Shown: positions 30,712-46,800, numbered from the stretch's first letter. The stretch is 64,000 bases of DNA from Hormiphora californensis (GCA_020137815.1 CM035355.1:1550001-1614000); one strand, 5' to 3'. The notes: generated by a model from the letters alone, not told the origin. Translations and numbers: made by a program.

Positions 30712-33141
30712 ATGTCTTCCGATAAAAAGAAGAAGAAAGATGAACTAACTGAGTTGAACTACTTGAAAGAAGGCGAAAAGATCAATGTTATAGGAGTAGT
30801 GTACACTGCAGATGATCCTTTCCAGACGAGAGGTAAGAAGGAGATTTTAAATTTGGGAAGACATTCAATTGAGTTGGTTAATAACTGTAAAATCTATCTA
30901 TCATATCTATTGCTATTATCAATAAATTTCTCTTCTTTGTTAGGAAATTGGGCCCTCAAGATACAGGTAGTGGACGGTTCCTGCCCCTATTCCTTCACAT
31001 GTGCTCTGTACGGAGAGTCATCTGGTATTAAATGTACCGTGGGAAACATTATTAGGTAATTATATTCCCACATCATACTTGATTCCATCGGATTCCCTCG
31101 TGACGTGTGTTGGAAATTATTTTAGCGAACTAAACACCTCACCATAGAGTAGTTTCTAAAGCCCACATGTCCTATTAGGACTCCTACATTCCAACACCAT
31201 TTCATTTTCAGGTTACGTCGTATCCAAGTGGTGGTAGTTCATGGAGTATTCCAGTTACAAGCCATACCAGGAACTAGTGTCACAGTATTTGACAACTCCC
31301 TCAATTTCATACCCTGCTCTAGAAGTCACCCTAAAGCAGGTTTTTAACGAGAGCGAGAAAGAGAGTGAGAGAGAGAAAGAGAAGAGAGCAACATGTCGGT
31401 TTTCAACTTATCCATGTTTTCACATTGTGCATGTTTTGACATATTTCACCAAATTTGCAGGTGACGTGTTGAATCTGCTAGAGAAAGATCGTATTTCCAA
31501 ACTCCGTTCTTGGAGTCAGGGCAGCCAGTTTGTGGGTTGCCACTTCCAGCGACCTCCTGCTACCGGTACAGAACAAGTGTTTCCTGGCTTCTAATCGCTG
31601 CTGCTGCCCTTTTTCTGATTAAATTATCAAGTTATCACTCCCGCTATTCTCAGGAAACTCAGACCCCACAAGTAGAGGAGACCCCTACACATATTCCTCT
31701 AAAGCAAACGGGTTTACCAACGGACAAGTAACTCTCTCAAGTATAAAAGATAACACCTACTTCAATCTTTCTCTCATGGTGATAGGTAATTAGAATTGAT
31801 CATTAGAATGCGTAGTCAGTCCCGTAGTCAGTAGTATTCAGTAGTAGTATCAATAAACTGTATTCACAAACATCACAGGACGGTGTAAGGAAGACTCTGG
31901 AAAGACAATACTAAGATGTGTTGATGGCACTCTACCCACCCTTGATACCTACAAAGTGAACAGTTTAATGGTGGCCAGTACACTCAATCAAATTGAGATG
32001 GCTAGATTGTACCCCCATTATGTGGACATAACAGTGTACGATGAACATCAGGTAACTCTTGAGGGGCTTTAGGGGGATGGGGGTTGTTCTGATTTTGCTA
32101 GGGGAAATGTTCAAGCTGAAACAATCATTCTAACCCTCCTCCCCCTCGTTCAGCAAAGTGCAGCGGAGGCTGTTATGTGGTCCCATGTGGACTTCACCAA
32201 CCTGCACTGTTACGTTCCTCGGAAACTGGTCCCCTCAGAAGAAGGACTACCTGTCAAACCAGAGGTAAGATGAGTTTGACATTGTCATACTACATGACTA
32301 ATGTCAAGTAAGTAAGTCAAGTTAAGTAATATCGCGGTGAGGAGAGTGCATTTTTGTGAGACAAAGTTTAACATGTATATATTTTCTGTGTGACGTGTTC
32401 CCAAAGTGTCGAAATTACGTCGTGAATGACACTTGAAGTGTGATGTAACATTTTTTATCAGCTTATCTTAAAGTTTTTCCCAAGCTAATTTCATTTTCTC
32501 ACAAACTTTCACTTTTTCAGATTTGCCTTCACAAGGGGTGCAGTTTCAAGAGGAAAATGAACGTACGGAGCTCCCCTAATCCTGTGCTGATGAAACAAAT
32601 CTCAACCCTACATCTTGAAACCAGCCCATCACTCTTCCAACTACCCGTACCAAGTTACTCCAGGAACGACCACTCCCCCACACGGCATAACGAGACAATG
32701 ATGAAATTCACTGACAGCACCACAATAACATCAGATTCCCGGACATTATACCGTGTGATGGTGTTTATAGATAGCTACACACCGGACAATTTACCCTCAT
32801 TTAGGAGGTTCACATGTACCGGGTGTTCCCAGTTCATATCCCTCAAGGATCCAGTGGCCCTTACAACTGAGAAATGTGAGAAATGTGGTGATGGGGCATC
32901 ATTAAAACCAGAACTCTTATTCCAGCTGTCTGTACGGCAGCGGAATAGAGATACCCCACAGACAATAGTGTGTGCTGGAGACGCAGCACGGTTACTGTTA
33001 CAGGGTCGATCCTAGTGAAACGGGCAGGATACCCATGAGAGACTTGTTTAGAGTGAACAGGATGGTGGGAGATGGTGTGATATGTTGGTGGTGAGGACTG
33101 AGGGCAGGTTTATAGTAGTTAGGACACGAATTAGCTCCTGA
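30712..33141 (+). CDS. POT1: Protection of telomeres 1 (multi-exon; last exon frame-disrupted)
   Basis: OB1 INVIGVV...QTRG...VVD...GNIIRLRR...ISKLRSWS; OB2 YFNL...ILRCVDGT...VDITVYDEH...ICLHKG; C-terminal OB with CxxC pairs. Compared from memory with human POT1. Confidence 0.85.
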
Positions 33142-33690
33142 TGATGAGGAAGGGGATGTTGGCCTGATGGGAGAATGAGAGATATTTGAGTTGGTTTTGT
33201 TCAACTAATTAGATAGTCATACTATTGTCTAATTTGTGAGACTCACGGTGAGGTAGGGAAATAAAGAAACTGAAAGATTCTGAATAAGCGAGACATTTGT
33301 TGTTTATCATTATATTATGAAGCCGACGGCATTTAATTGTTATTCAATTATTTTATTAATGGTTTTTAACTTTTATTTGGAGTGAGTTTGTGGAACAATG
33401 ATACATAATATCTGACATTTTGGTCTTATTTGGTTATTTGACCTGGCCAAAAGAGCCATCTCATTTTCCAGACTCCAGAGTGTGTGCGAAAAATCAGAAA
33501 TTTCTTGTTTTGTGTGCTGAGATTCAGGAGGTGCAACAACGCAAGGTTCCACTGTGATTTGTTTCATATCATGTACTGTTTTTCTAAATTCATTTTATCT
33601 TTCTGTTGTTTTAAGACAACCATTATGAGATTCGATTTTTAAATTGTCCCCTGGTTCAATTTGTGGAAATACAACTCTGGTTGGAAGTTG

Positions 33691-33713
33691 CTGTCAGGCC
33701 AATGCTCTGACAG
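33691..33713 (+). mobile_element. 23-bp solo of the micro-transposon family
   Basis: CTGTCAGGCCAATGCTCTGACAG; no TSD, possibly disrupted by the adjacent insertion. Confidence 0.6.
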
Positions 33714-33737
33714 CGGAATATGGTCCGTCTGTCTGTA

Positions 33738-34516
33738 GGGTAAACCGGGGCAATTCGAACAACTGGGGCAATTCGAACATAGTACTGCCCGTCTCTCACC
33801 TAGTTAAGCTATCATAATGACGTCATCCTATCTCCAGAAGAAAACTGCTCGTTCGAGCCTGCCCGTTACCACTAAATAGGCTCTAGATCCGGTTTAAGTT
33901 GGTCAATTTCCGATTTGAAAAAACCAGCTGAAAGCTAATAATATCAGCTTTCAGATGGTATAAAAATTATTTAAATATTCGCATGTTTTCATTCCAAATT
34001 CTGGTAAATTAAGATTACCGGGGCAATTAGAACAACCGGGGCAATTCGAACATGGGCAATTTGGTTAACACACCGGGGCAATTTGGTTAACTCCCGGGCC
34101 AATGATGTGCAGTTCTTTGTACCACGTGATCACGCGTGATACCGGGGCAATTCGAGCAAGAACGACCAGCGTGTAGATTGCGTGTAGATTACATTGTTCG
34201 AATTGCCCCCACCTCTAACAACACCAGAAGGAGATGGTCTGCTGGTGTTGTGAGGACGTTCACGTGACTCCCACGTGACGAAATAAAGCACTCCTATTGG
34301 TGATGCTCGAATTGCCCCGGTACCAATTTTTCCGACCAAAATTTTTCAATTAGTTATTTAGTTAAGTAAATGATGGTCCCTATAGTTGAAATTTATCTTA
34401 TTTGAAAGATAAAATAATGAACTTTAATCCTATATAATTTTTTTCATTGTATCTTTTTTTAAATGGGAGTGAGAACCGATTAAGTAAAAAGTTAACCATT
34501 TTGCCCCGGTTTACCC
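33738..34516. mobile_element. MITE with TA TSD (Tc1/mariner-pogo-like)
   Basis: TA|GGGTAAACCGGGGCAA...TTGCCCCGGTTTACCC|TA; internal CCGGGGCAATT repeats. Confidence 0.8.
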
Positions 34517-34518
34517 TA

Positions 34519-34969
34519 TGTAGTATGTCTCTGTATTGTATGTCGGCGCCATACCCCCACTTGATTCGACAGTGCGCTCAGATGGGGTCGGCGGCACCAG
34601 ACAGTCTCTGTAAGTGTAAACCATCTGTATTTGTCGGACTGTTGTTCCCCTGTCTGGCGGCGCCTACCCGATCTGAACACACTCACACTCACACTGTCAT
34701 GTCGCGTTCCGAGAACCAAAACGGTGGTCTGGCGACACAGTTGTTCCCAGGGAACTTGTCAGTGACATTTGTGGCAACAACCCGATCTGATCACACTTTT
34801 CAGTCAACGGTCTGTCATGCCTGTCTATTTCTGTCTTCTAGGTTACTGAAGTACATGATGCAGCATGCTGTCTGTCCATCTGCCAGTGCCACAGGGCACG
34901 AGCATCTCGACCACCCCCGCCCCCCGGCCCTCCCCCAGTAGGGGGCGTGGCCAATCTACCAGAATCTAG
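34519..34969 (+). mobile_element. Possible Helitron-like element 3' part
   Basis: GC-rich hairpin (CCCCCAGTAGGGGG) about 20 nt before CTAG|T. Shares CTGGCGGCGCCTACCCGAT with about 46655. The 5' end is unclear. Confidence 0.4.
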
Positions 34970-34981
34970 TACTAGTAGTTA

Positions 34982-35067
34982 CTGTCAGGCCAATGCTCTG
35001 ACCACAGTTCTCGCGCGCTCCGCTTGTTTGAGAGAAGCGAGAATGGGTCAGGCCAATGCTCTGACAG
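34982..35067 (+). mobile_element. 86-bp micro-transposon (longest copy)
   Basis: Direct-repeated palindromic ends; 8-bp TSD AGTAGTTA. Confidence 0.82.
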
Positions 35068-35418
35068 AGTAGTTAAGTGGTAGACCGCGTGGCTTGTAGT
35101 ATTTCCATTTCAATTCCATGTTGTAGTACGAGGACTAGCCGTGATATTGAAAATCACTCGAGTTCAAAGTTGACTCTTGGTCTTACTCTAAACAATAAAC
35201 CGCCTCACGGAGTACCGGTACCAATATCCGGGTAGCCTTGAAGCTGTAGACCACTACCATGCCAGCAGACTAGGTGGTGAAACAGCTCAAGCAAAAGTCA
35301 ATTGATCGTGACATGTTTTCAGCCGGCGTTCAATGAGGTTCGAAGTATGCTGGCCTGGTCCGTGGGAAACAATTCAAACTTAAAAAAGAAGCTTGTGATT
35401 TGGTTGCAGTTCTACAAG

Positions 35419-36869
35419 ATGATGAGGTATTTTGTGTTTGTTGCTGCTCTGGTGGCTCTCGCCTTCCCAAAACCACTGGAACTAGCACGCGAAGGTGAGA
35501 CTGAGGACTAGAGAACACTACTACTAGGAGTTAAGGATTAGGACTAGGGGTAATACTCCCACTGGGAGTAAACTTGGAGAGACTGTCTTCATATACCTTA
35601 CTCTCGTTTTTTAAGAAACGCTTTAGTAAGAAACTTTTTTATAAGAAACTTTTAAAATGTAAATTACACAATTCAGGGACGCCACAACAAAATAGAACAC
35701 CCCTAACTTGTTTAGTTTCTTGATAAAGGAGAAATTCTTTTTGTTTTTGGATCGCTAACACCTGTAGTTTCCTAGAAAAAAAGTTTCTTATTTAAAAGTT
35801 TCTTGAAATATGCGAGCTTAATTAACGAGAGTAAGGTAATTCCTAAATCTTCCTAAATTCCTAAATCTTGCTATTGCTAAATCCTCACCTATCTTTACTG
35901 TTACAGATGACCGTGTAGTGATAGAAAAGCGAGGATTTACCTCAACCACCACTCCTATCTACACAACTACATCCGAGGGCTCCACCGAACCTACTGACGG
36001 TGACGGTACCACCATCCCTTCAACAAGCTACCATGTTGACTTTACTACGTCCGAGGGTGACAGCTCCACCGAACCTACTACTGCTGACACCACCGAACCT
36101 ACTGACGGTACCACCATCCCTTCAACAAGCTACCATGTTGACTTTACTACGTCCGAGGGTGACAGCACCACCGAACCTACTAGTGCTGACACCACCGAAC
36201 CTACTGCAGCTGACAGGACGTAGTAAAGTCAACATTTTGGGTTGAAGAAGGTTCGGTGGTGTCAGTGACACCACCGAACCTTCTTCAACCCAAAATGTTG
36301 ACTTTACTACGTCCGAGGGTGACAGCACCACCGAACCTACTACTGCTGACACCACCGAACCTACTGCAGCTGACACCACCGAACCTACTGCTGACACCAC
36401 CGAACCTTCTTCAACCCACCATGTTGACTTTACTACGTCCGAGGGTGATGGCACCACCGAACCTACTAGTGCTGACACCACCGAACCTACTACTGCTGAC
36501 ACCACCGAACCTTCTTCAACCCACCATGCTGACTTTACTACGTCCGACAGCACCACAGAAGAATCAACTGCTACCTCTGGAAGCTACACGGATCAACACT
36601 TCTCTGACTCAACCTCAGACCCAACAACTGAAACTGCCACCATTCCCTCGGATGAGGGTAGTTCAACAGGGCACCATGATATTACGACAAGTGGTAGCTA
36701 CGGCACTGATTCCACTGGAGAACCACACCCACACCCACATCCCCTCTCTATTCTCAAGCAGAAGGTGCAGGCTACTCTGGATGATTGGTATAGTCAACTG
36801 CGGATGAGAGTTGGTGATATCTTTGACTTTGAGAAGTCGAAGGAAAGAGTGAGCATTTGGGCCCAATAG
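35419..36869 (+). CDS. Secreted Thr/Ser/Asp-rich mucin-like repeat protein, interrupted at 36221 by an inverted duplication
   Basis: Signal peptide exon MMRYFVFVAALVALAFP; exon 2 (35908) VVIEKR then HVDFTTSEGD/DTTEP repeats. The same repeats resume at 36266. The 3' end is uncertain. Confidence 0.7.
35596..35836. mobile_element. Small MITE, TA TSD
   Basis: TA|CCTTACTCTCGTT...AACGAGAGTAAGG|TA. Confidence 0.7.
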
Positions 36870-37020
36870 TTCTCATATTAAACCTATTCTGAGTCAACGT
36901 TTCGGCTAAGAATTTTAGACACAAATGTACATTGTACAGAACGTTGACTTGAGTTTACACACAATTTAACCGGTTTTGTTAGTTGAATCTTTACTCTAGA
37001 TTTGAGACTTGTTTGATGTA

Positions 37021-38395
37021 CAGGGTGTTCATATGGGATCTTTACAAGCGTTGGGCTTCACCCAGAAAAAAGTTGATAAAATTAGCTTATGAAACTTCAT
37101 ACTTGGACTATTCTATACCCTCATTCAAGGTTCCAGGGGGTTTTGGAGCTTTAGGACCTCGGGAAGTGTGTTTTTGGCATCAAAACTACCAGAAGGAATT
37201 TTTTTGCTGGTGCTGAGACTTTGCTAAAATGTTTTTTAGACATTTTCTATGTCAATTTCAAAGTTTCATGAAGATCGGAGGTGGTTTCCGGGCTCCACGT
37301 TCCATCTAAAGTGGCCGGGTAGGCCAAAAAACAGCTCAAAAAGCCCTAAAATGGACATTTTTGACCACACAGACCAAACGCGGCAAAATAAGGCAATTTA
37401 AACTAGGTAAAATGTTGTTTAGACTATTTTGAAGGTGTGGTCAAAATTTCAGCTCAAACGATTGACAGGTTATGAAATGGTGGCCGGAACAAGAAAGCTG
37501 AGACAAGGGGGTTAAACACAACAACAACAACTGCAATGAACTGAGTGTGTGTACTGCACACTCAGAACTGTTGCAGAGGACAGTTTCTTATCTCTATTTT
37601 CAAGAGGGGTGTGTCACCCTTCTTTCTCTCTCAATCTCTCTCTTCCTATTTCGTCCTCTTTTTCCTTCTTTATCATTGATGATGTGTGTGTGTGAGAGAG
37701 AGAGAAAGAGAGAGTGTGTGAGTCGTGAGAGAGAGAGAGGGGGTGGAGAGAGAGAGGGGGTGGAGAGAGAGGGAGAGAGATAGAGAGAGAGAAAGAAGGG
37801 TGACACACTCCTCTTGAAAATAGAGATAAGAAACTGTCCTCTGCAACAGTTCTGAGTGTGCTGTACACACACTCAGTTCATTGCAGTTGTTGTTGTTGTG
37901 TTTAACCCCCTTGTCTCAGCTTTCTTGTTCCGGCCACCATTTCATAACCTGTCAATCGTTTGAGCTGAAATTTTGACCACACCTTCAAAATAGTCTAAAC
38001 AACATTTTACCTAGTTTAAATTGCCTTATTTTGCCGCGTTTGGTCTGTGTGGTCAAAAATGTCCATTTTAGGGCTTTTTGAGCTGTTTTTTGGCCTACCC
38101 GGCCACTTTAGATGGAACGTGGAGCCCGGAAACCACCTCCGATCTTCATGAAACTTTGAAATTGACATAGAAAATGTCTAAAAAACATTTTAGCAAAGTC
38201 TCAGCACCAGCAAAAAATTCCTTCTGGTAGTTTTGATGCCAAAAACACACTTCCCGGGGTCCTAAAGCTCCAAAAACCCCTGGAACCTTGAATGAGGGTA
38301 TAGAATAGTCCAAGTATGAAGTTTCATAAGCTAATTTTATCAACTTTTTTCTGGGTGAAGCCCAACGCTTGTAAAGATCCCATATGAACACCCTG
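37021..38395. mobile_element. Foldback MITE, Tc1/mariner-type
   Basis: TA|CAGGGTGTTCATATGGG...CCCATATGAACACCCTG|TA; near-perfect arms of about 620 bp. Confidence 0.88.
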
Positions 38396-39217
38396 TATGT
38401 ACCATAAAACTTACAATTGAACCCAGCAAAACTAATCGTGTATTTTACATTTTTGTTTGGTCTTGGCGGTTCCATTCCTTCTCCTATATATGACCATCCC
38501 AGCATTTGATGGGGAACGAGACCCAGGGACAATGTGGGGAACAGAAAACCCATGCTTAGTTAGGGTTGAGGAAATAGGCAAGTGTAGCAGCATGTGGAGG
38601 CATAGTTTTGAGTTCAAATCATTAGCATAACTGGAGTCTGTATACAGTGATTGCCTAGCAGTAGCTAGACTCTGTTTCGTGCGCCCGCTTTACAAATGTA
38701 AAGGAGGGTTAGAACATAACCCCAACATAACAATACAGTGGGCGAACCACGTGTCGGTGTGTTATAATTCTAGAAGTAGAAAGGCTTTCCCCGTATCCCA
38801 TATTAGGGTACTGGGTGGGACGAGAGACTGGGATAAGTTGCTTACAATTCTTAATCCCTTTTCTTCGAGAACTTCTCGCACAATAACATACACATATAAA
38901 CCTCCCCTCCTAGCTGCAGTACTAGTAGCCTTCTAGAAGTTTTTAGAGTTACTTACTTTTTAATGTGAAGTTTTATAACATTAAAACACTCGTATGAATC
39001 AGCATTAGTAATACTGTTACTGCTTGTAGTCTATTTATAGTATGGATAACATGTGCAAATCTTATCACGTCTAATAAACAACACGTTTGATAAACAACAA
39101 GGGCCTCCTGGTGGGAATATATGATAGGCCATAATAATACTTGCAGGTCAGTTCTATCTACTAAACTTTGCCCTTCCGAGAATTAGAATTTTGTTTTTCT
39201 AGAGTTTCAGTTGTTGT

Positions 39218-39796
39218 GTTCTAACCCTCCTTTACATTTGTAACGGAGCTCGCGAAAAGGGGATCGGGCTAGGCAAACTTTCAGAGTAGGGAGTAGAGGA
39301 CGCATTTCTCGAAAACTGCCCTGTAAACTATAAAATGTACTTGTTCTCTAGTCTCTAGATAATAATAATGCGTGATTTAGATAATGCTTTGTCGAAATGT
39401 TTCAAACATGTTAGGCCCAGCGTTGCAAAACTACCAAAATCAAAACAACTTCTTAAGAATTCTGAACTGTTATTGCTTGGTGAGACTGAGATAAGAATTA
39501 GGGGTTTTGGGAGCCACAAGCTGGACCTAACTGTTATTTTGTATACTTTACATTGCCTTGTGGGAACACTTTCCAACCCTAAGTTATAACAGGAACGTTT
39601 GGGAAACCGAGATGTGAAAACGTGTTTTTTCTTTTTGTTTTTTTGTTTTTGTCATGCTACAACATAGGCTGTCAACTGAGCCCGTTGTGTTGCCAGGAGA
39701 CTGGTCAAGTCTTCCCCACTAAGATCTACTAAGATCATTGAAAACTATAAAATGTGTTGCCTAGCTCGACCCCATTTTCGCGAGGAGGGTTAGAAC
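39218..39796. mobile_element. MITE-like element
   Basis: GTTCTAACCCTCC...GGAGGGTTAGAAC plus subterminal inverted CGCGAAAA..GGG..CTAGGCAA. The same end motif occurs at about 15570, 38700, 55345 and 61780. No clear TSD. Confidence 0.55.
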
Positions 39797-41040
39797 GGTG
39801 GTGAGGTATTATGTCATTGACAATTTTGTTATTTGTTATCGGGGGGGGGGGGGGGTAATGCCAAGTTGAGAAAGATCATAGCTCACGTCACCCTGATCAA
39901 ACGATCTAGGGTGCCACATACTGCCCTACGTAAATTTAAGAATCCCTATTACTTATAGTCTAGAATGTTATGACATCATTGCATTTGATAATCTAGAAAC
40001 CCTATTTTGTATTGTTGAGTAACTCGAACAAATTTTGTAATAATTCAGGACCGATACAAAGAAACACCGAAGAATTTCACCATTTCTTCGATTCAGAACT
40101 GACATCGGCACCATGCGGTCATCTAAGTGTTTGTGACACCTTCACTCTAAGAAGGAAATTACGTGAACGCAATTAGACCCTACTCCCTACCGGTACCATG
40201 TTACCAGATCCTCGCACCTGTCTCTGATCAAGATTCATGATTGCAGTGATCACGCAAAACAATTTAGATCCTTGTTTCCACGTGATCTCACCGAGAGTAG
40301 TATAAACAGTGGAAATCTAGAAGTTGAAATTTGTTCTCTAACAGAACAAATAGAATTGCTATTCGATGAAAGCTGCAACTGAAGACACATGAGAGTTGTT
40401 GAGTAACATGAGAGAGGATCAGATCGGTAGCCTATTAATATTAGGTTGTTTCTAGAACCCGCCCATTCTCATTTTCCCAAGAAGGGAACCCCAAATTATA
40501 GTGGAAGTGATCGCTGGTAATTCCTGCCAGTCCTTGTTCTATTACCATATTTTGTAAATATATGTTCTCTCCTGCAATATATAAGTGTATTGAGTCACCA
40601 AGGGACAGTGGTTTGCTACAGATAAGGCCTGCAGAGAGAGCAGTTTCTCCACCCTTTAGCTCCTGCAGATTATCGTTTAAGTAGTTGTGTACAGTTGCTT
40701 GTAACCCTCCCACGCAATCTCTGGGGCCTATCTTCACCAGTGAGGGGCGCCACGGTTCCTACCAACGTCACCCTCGCCCCAAAGTGGGTCTGATCTAAAC
40801 CTCGTTATGTCAATGTGCTTGTCGCACCCTTATCTTGTGCGTGATTTTCGGAGCTACTGCCACACAACTTGCCTTTTTCTTAGAAAGTATAGGATTATCT
40901 GTTGTAACATGTCACGTGACCAGTGTCACGTGACTTTGAGAAGAATGTAACGCGAGACTAGCTTCGCCTAGCTCGACCGTGTTTCCTTCTTTCACCCTTG
41001 ATCTACCCTAGCGTGTGCTGTTACACCTCACCATCTACCG

Positions 41041-43195
<2,155 letters not shown>

Positions 43196-43649
43196 TAGTG
43201 GATAACGCCCCAGCCTACAGTTTCACCTTCTAGCGATGTCCTACTAGGGCATTAGACTCTCTGCTTCAGCTATCTTTTTTCTCTCTTTTTCTCGGTGTGA
43301 TACTCGTGCGGGCACGTGGTAGAGAGAGACGAATGATCTTGTGACAGAGAGTTCTAGAGGTGACGCTTTGGTTATATGGGCTATCCTTCTCTATATTTTT
43401 GTTGCCCGTATATTTTTGTGGAATATATTTTAGGCTAATCTTATCTATATAAATTGTTGTATTTACTTGAGAGACTTATTTAAACGGACAAAAAAATGAG
43501 CATTTGACGAATACTATTTGATTTTTTTAATTCGTGAAGTTTTTCAGAGATCATGTAAAAAAGAGAATTCTTTTATCTCGATTTAACGGACTCAAACCCC
43601 CCGGGGGACTACGGCTAAAACAAATAGGGTTTACGGCAAGGAAATGAAT

Positions 43650-43853
43650 CTAAAATACAATTATAATGTTACTGAAAATCTCTGAGTTGTCCAGCAGTCA
43701 ATATATATCTGGCATTAATTAAACAACAGCTTTTTTTGGTTTCTTGAAAGTCTTTACATAACGGAACAACACTTACCTGAACTTTCGTCAAGTTCAAACT
43801 CATCAGAATCATCGGATGATCCCTGTAAATAATGGATGGGTAAGAAAAGTAGC

Positions 43854-43894
<41 letters not shown>

Positions 43895-46800
43895 CCTTGT
43901 CTCTATTTTCTCTTACCTCATCTCCTTCTCCTTCGAATAGCAATACAGAGTTTCTCCTAAACTTTGAGATATCCACAGGGTTTAGTAAACTGCCACCGCC
44001 GGGGCCAGCACTTATTGATCCAGTGGCGATTGAAAACCGTGGTCCCTTATTTCTCATTTGATTAAAAAGATGATTGGCCTGTGTTATGTGGAGGGCTATC
44101 CTGTAACTCCCAGTTATTGAATCTTTCGGCTCCACCCCTCTTTGGTAGCCCGTCTCAACAACCTCATGAACTATGGCTTCGGGCAATCCTACAAGAAAGA
44201 GGGGTAACGGGTAAATGAATTGTTTCGGAGAGGGCTAAACATTCTGCTGTTCTCTCTAACTTGACTGCGTTTGTCACGTCATGTTCATGGGTAATGTACC
44301 GGTTGCAGCGAGGGCTGATTTCACCGGGTCATCATAAACATGTGATCCTTCCTTCTGTAGTTGCTCGTTCTCCGCATCAGCCAACCAGCAATGTTTCCTC
44401 ATGTCAGCAATACTCATTCGTTCCGATGGCTCCTCTGAAGGAGCGTAATGGGGGATTAGGGCGGGGCAGTATATAGATAGAGATTCGAAGTAGATAGATA
44501 GAGGAGGAGGATGATAGAAAGAGTGACTCACTCAGTGAGAGGGTGTCAGGACTCTCAAGGACTTACCGACGATTGTTTTCTCAATGAAATCCTTGAGCTC
44601 TGGGGAGAACTTCTTTGGAATGGTATAGTCCATTGAGAGAATTTTAGTTCTAATTCCAGGAAGATCGCGGGCAGCGAAGGGTGTCAAACCATCCACCAGT
44701 TGGTACAATATCACACCTGGGGGAGAATTAGGAGGGTTGAGATCTAGAGATTATAAAATTATAAAACTTGTGAAGTGATTAGAATGAAATGATTGATATT
44801 CCCTACCCATTGCCCAAAGATCCATGAAAGTTCCGTAATATGGTTTCATTTGGATCAACTCAGGAGGACAGTGAGTGGGCGTGCCACAGAAATCCTTCAG
44901 GAGACCCGTGCTAAGGGCACTGATCCCGAAATCTGCTATCCGGATAGTCTTGTCAGACGCCAGAAGAATGTTCTCACACTTCAAATCTCTGTGTACAACA
45001 CCCATTTTGTGCTGTGTGAGGATGAGTGATTGTGAGTGGGGGTGTGTAATGTACACTGTAGGGGTTGCTATTTCAAAAATTTCAAGATGTGCTAATGAAT
45101 CATTGTGCAGGTCCATGGGGATGTCCTCTGGGCCAATTTCCGTTGTTAGAACCAGGGCTAGACCTGCAGCTGTTGAATCGCATCTAACGGTCTGGTGACA
45201 TCTATTTACCACAATATTTTACAATATTTTACAATTTGCTTGATGGTTTTGGCTAAAACTTCATATACTCGTAGTTGAACACTAGATAAACACCCTACAA
45301 GGTGATTTTAGTAAATATTCGGAATATTTTTTTATAAATTTTAAGTTACGCTTATAAATCACTTTGCCCGGCTATTTGGGGTGTCCTGGAGGCCAGATTT
45401 CGGTGTTAGGGTCAGAGATAGTCTTGTAGATGTTGAGGGTATAGTTGCCACAATTTTTTCCCTGCCCGGGTGGATGCCGAAGGCATCCACCCGGATGCCT
45501 TTTTACTTTGTAAAAAGGCATAGCAGGGTTAGAATTCGAAAACGACATTTTGGTATACTAACTAATCGGTAGAGGGACATTTTTTGGTCACACTTTCGTT
45601 GCGAGGGGCAACCGTGCGGCGCGCGCGATTTGAAGTTTGCGGAGTAACATGCGCGCCCACAAACTATTGAAAATTTATGAGGCGTGCGCGGCTATAAACT
45701 GTAACGTGCGGCAAAATTTGTTTTATATCGGCCGCGCGTTTTTGGGGAAAATGGAGAATTTGAAAAATATGTTTTGCGTTTTTTTCAAAAGTTCGAAAAA
45801 CACAAATCCCCATTTTGCGGACAGCTTAATGGCGAGTTGAATGGCAAATCGAAGAGGGCAGGGAAACGTAGCATTATGGATACATAATGCACATAATTCT
45901 TGTTAACAATTTTTATCAATTTTTATCAATTTTTATCAATTTTTTACAATTTTTTACAATTTTCCACTATTTTACAAAATCCGCTTGCGATCCTTGGCGG
46001 CTGGATGGTTTTGGCTGAAACTTCATATACTCATAGTTGAACATCTTATGAACACAATGTACAATGATTCATGTAATTATTTTGAAGAATAGCAACCCCT
46101 AATGTACAGTGTAAAATGTGTGTATAAAATGCGCGCTGCTGTTATGGTTACGAATGACAATGTCTGCTTCCGACATTTTCAAAGTCGTCAATCAGCGCGC
46201 GTTACGTCTAGCCAGAATACAATAGTTCATTTGTACATTCCATGTACTGTCCAAGACTGATAAAGTGTTTTACAATAGCCGCGGAATCTGTGGAAAGTAG
46301 AAATGAATCTGTGGAAATATGAATCTGTGGAAATAAATATACCACAATGAAGAAAGGAAATAATGGATGAAATGCTTAGTTGAATGGGATTTATTGTAAC
46401 TTACCATGTGTTCAACAGCGTCCACAATTTGGATATAAAAGAAGCGAGCCTGGTCTTCCGTTATTGAGCTTCGCATGTTTTTCATTTTACGCTTTAGATA
46501 GCTGAACAAACACCCGCCTGATGAAAATAAGTTTGATTTTAGAAACCGACAACAAACAATGAACAAGCGATGAACAAAGAAACAATGAATTGGTTATCAG
46601 CAATTTGTACGTTTATGTATCTTTTTCAAATCAAATCAAATCAGCTGTTATGTCTGGCGGCGCCTACCCGATATGGGCACACTACCACTGAAAATCAAAA
46701 GGCCAAAACGGGGTCTAGCGTCGCCAGACCTAGGTTATCAATAAAATACGACAACAAACAAACTGATCAGCAGCTCTTACCGTTCACATATTCGATGATA

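Noticed and set aside
33691-35067. Composite transposon bounded by two micro-elements
   Set aside because: The 34982 copy has its own TSD and the outer flanks do not match.
40441-40737. ORF with a ...SDH motif as a LINE endonuclease
   Set aside because: Single weak motif with no RT nearby; at most a decayed fragment.
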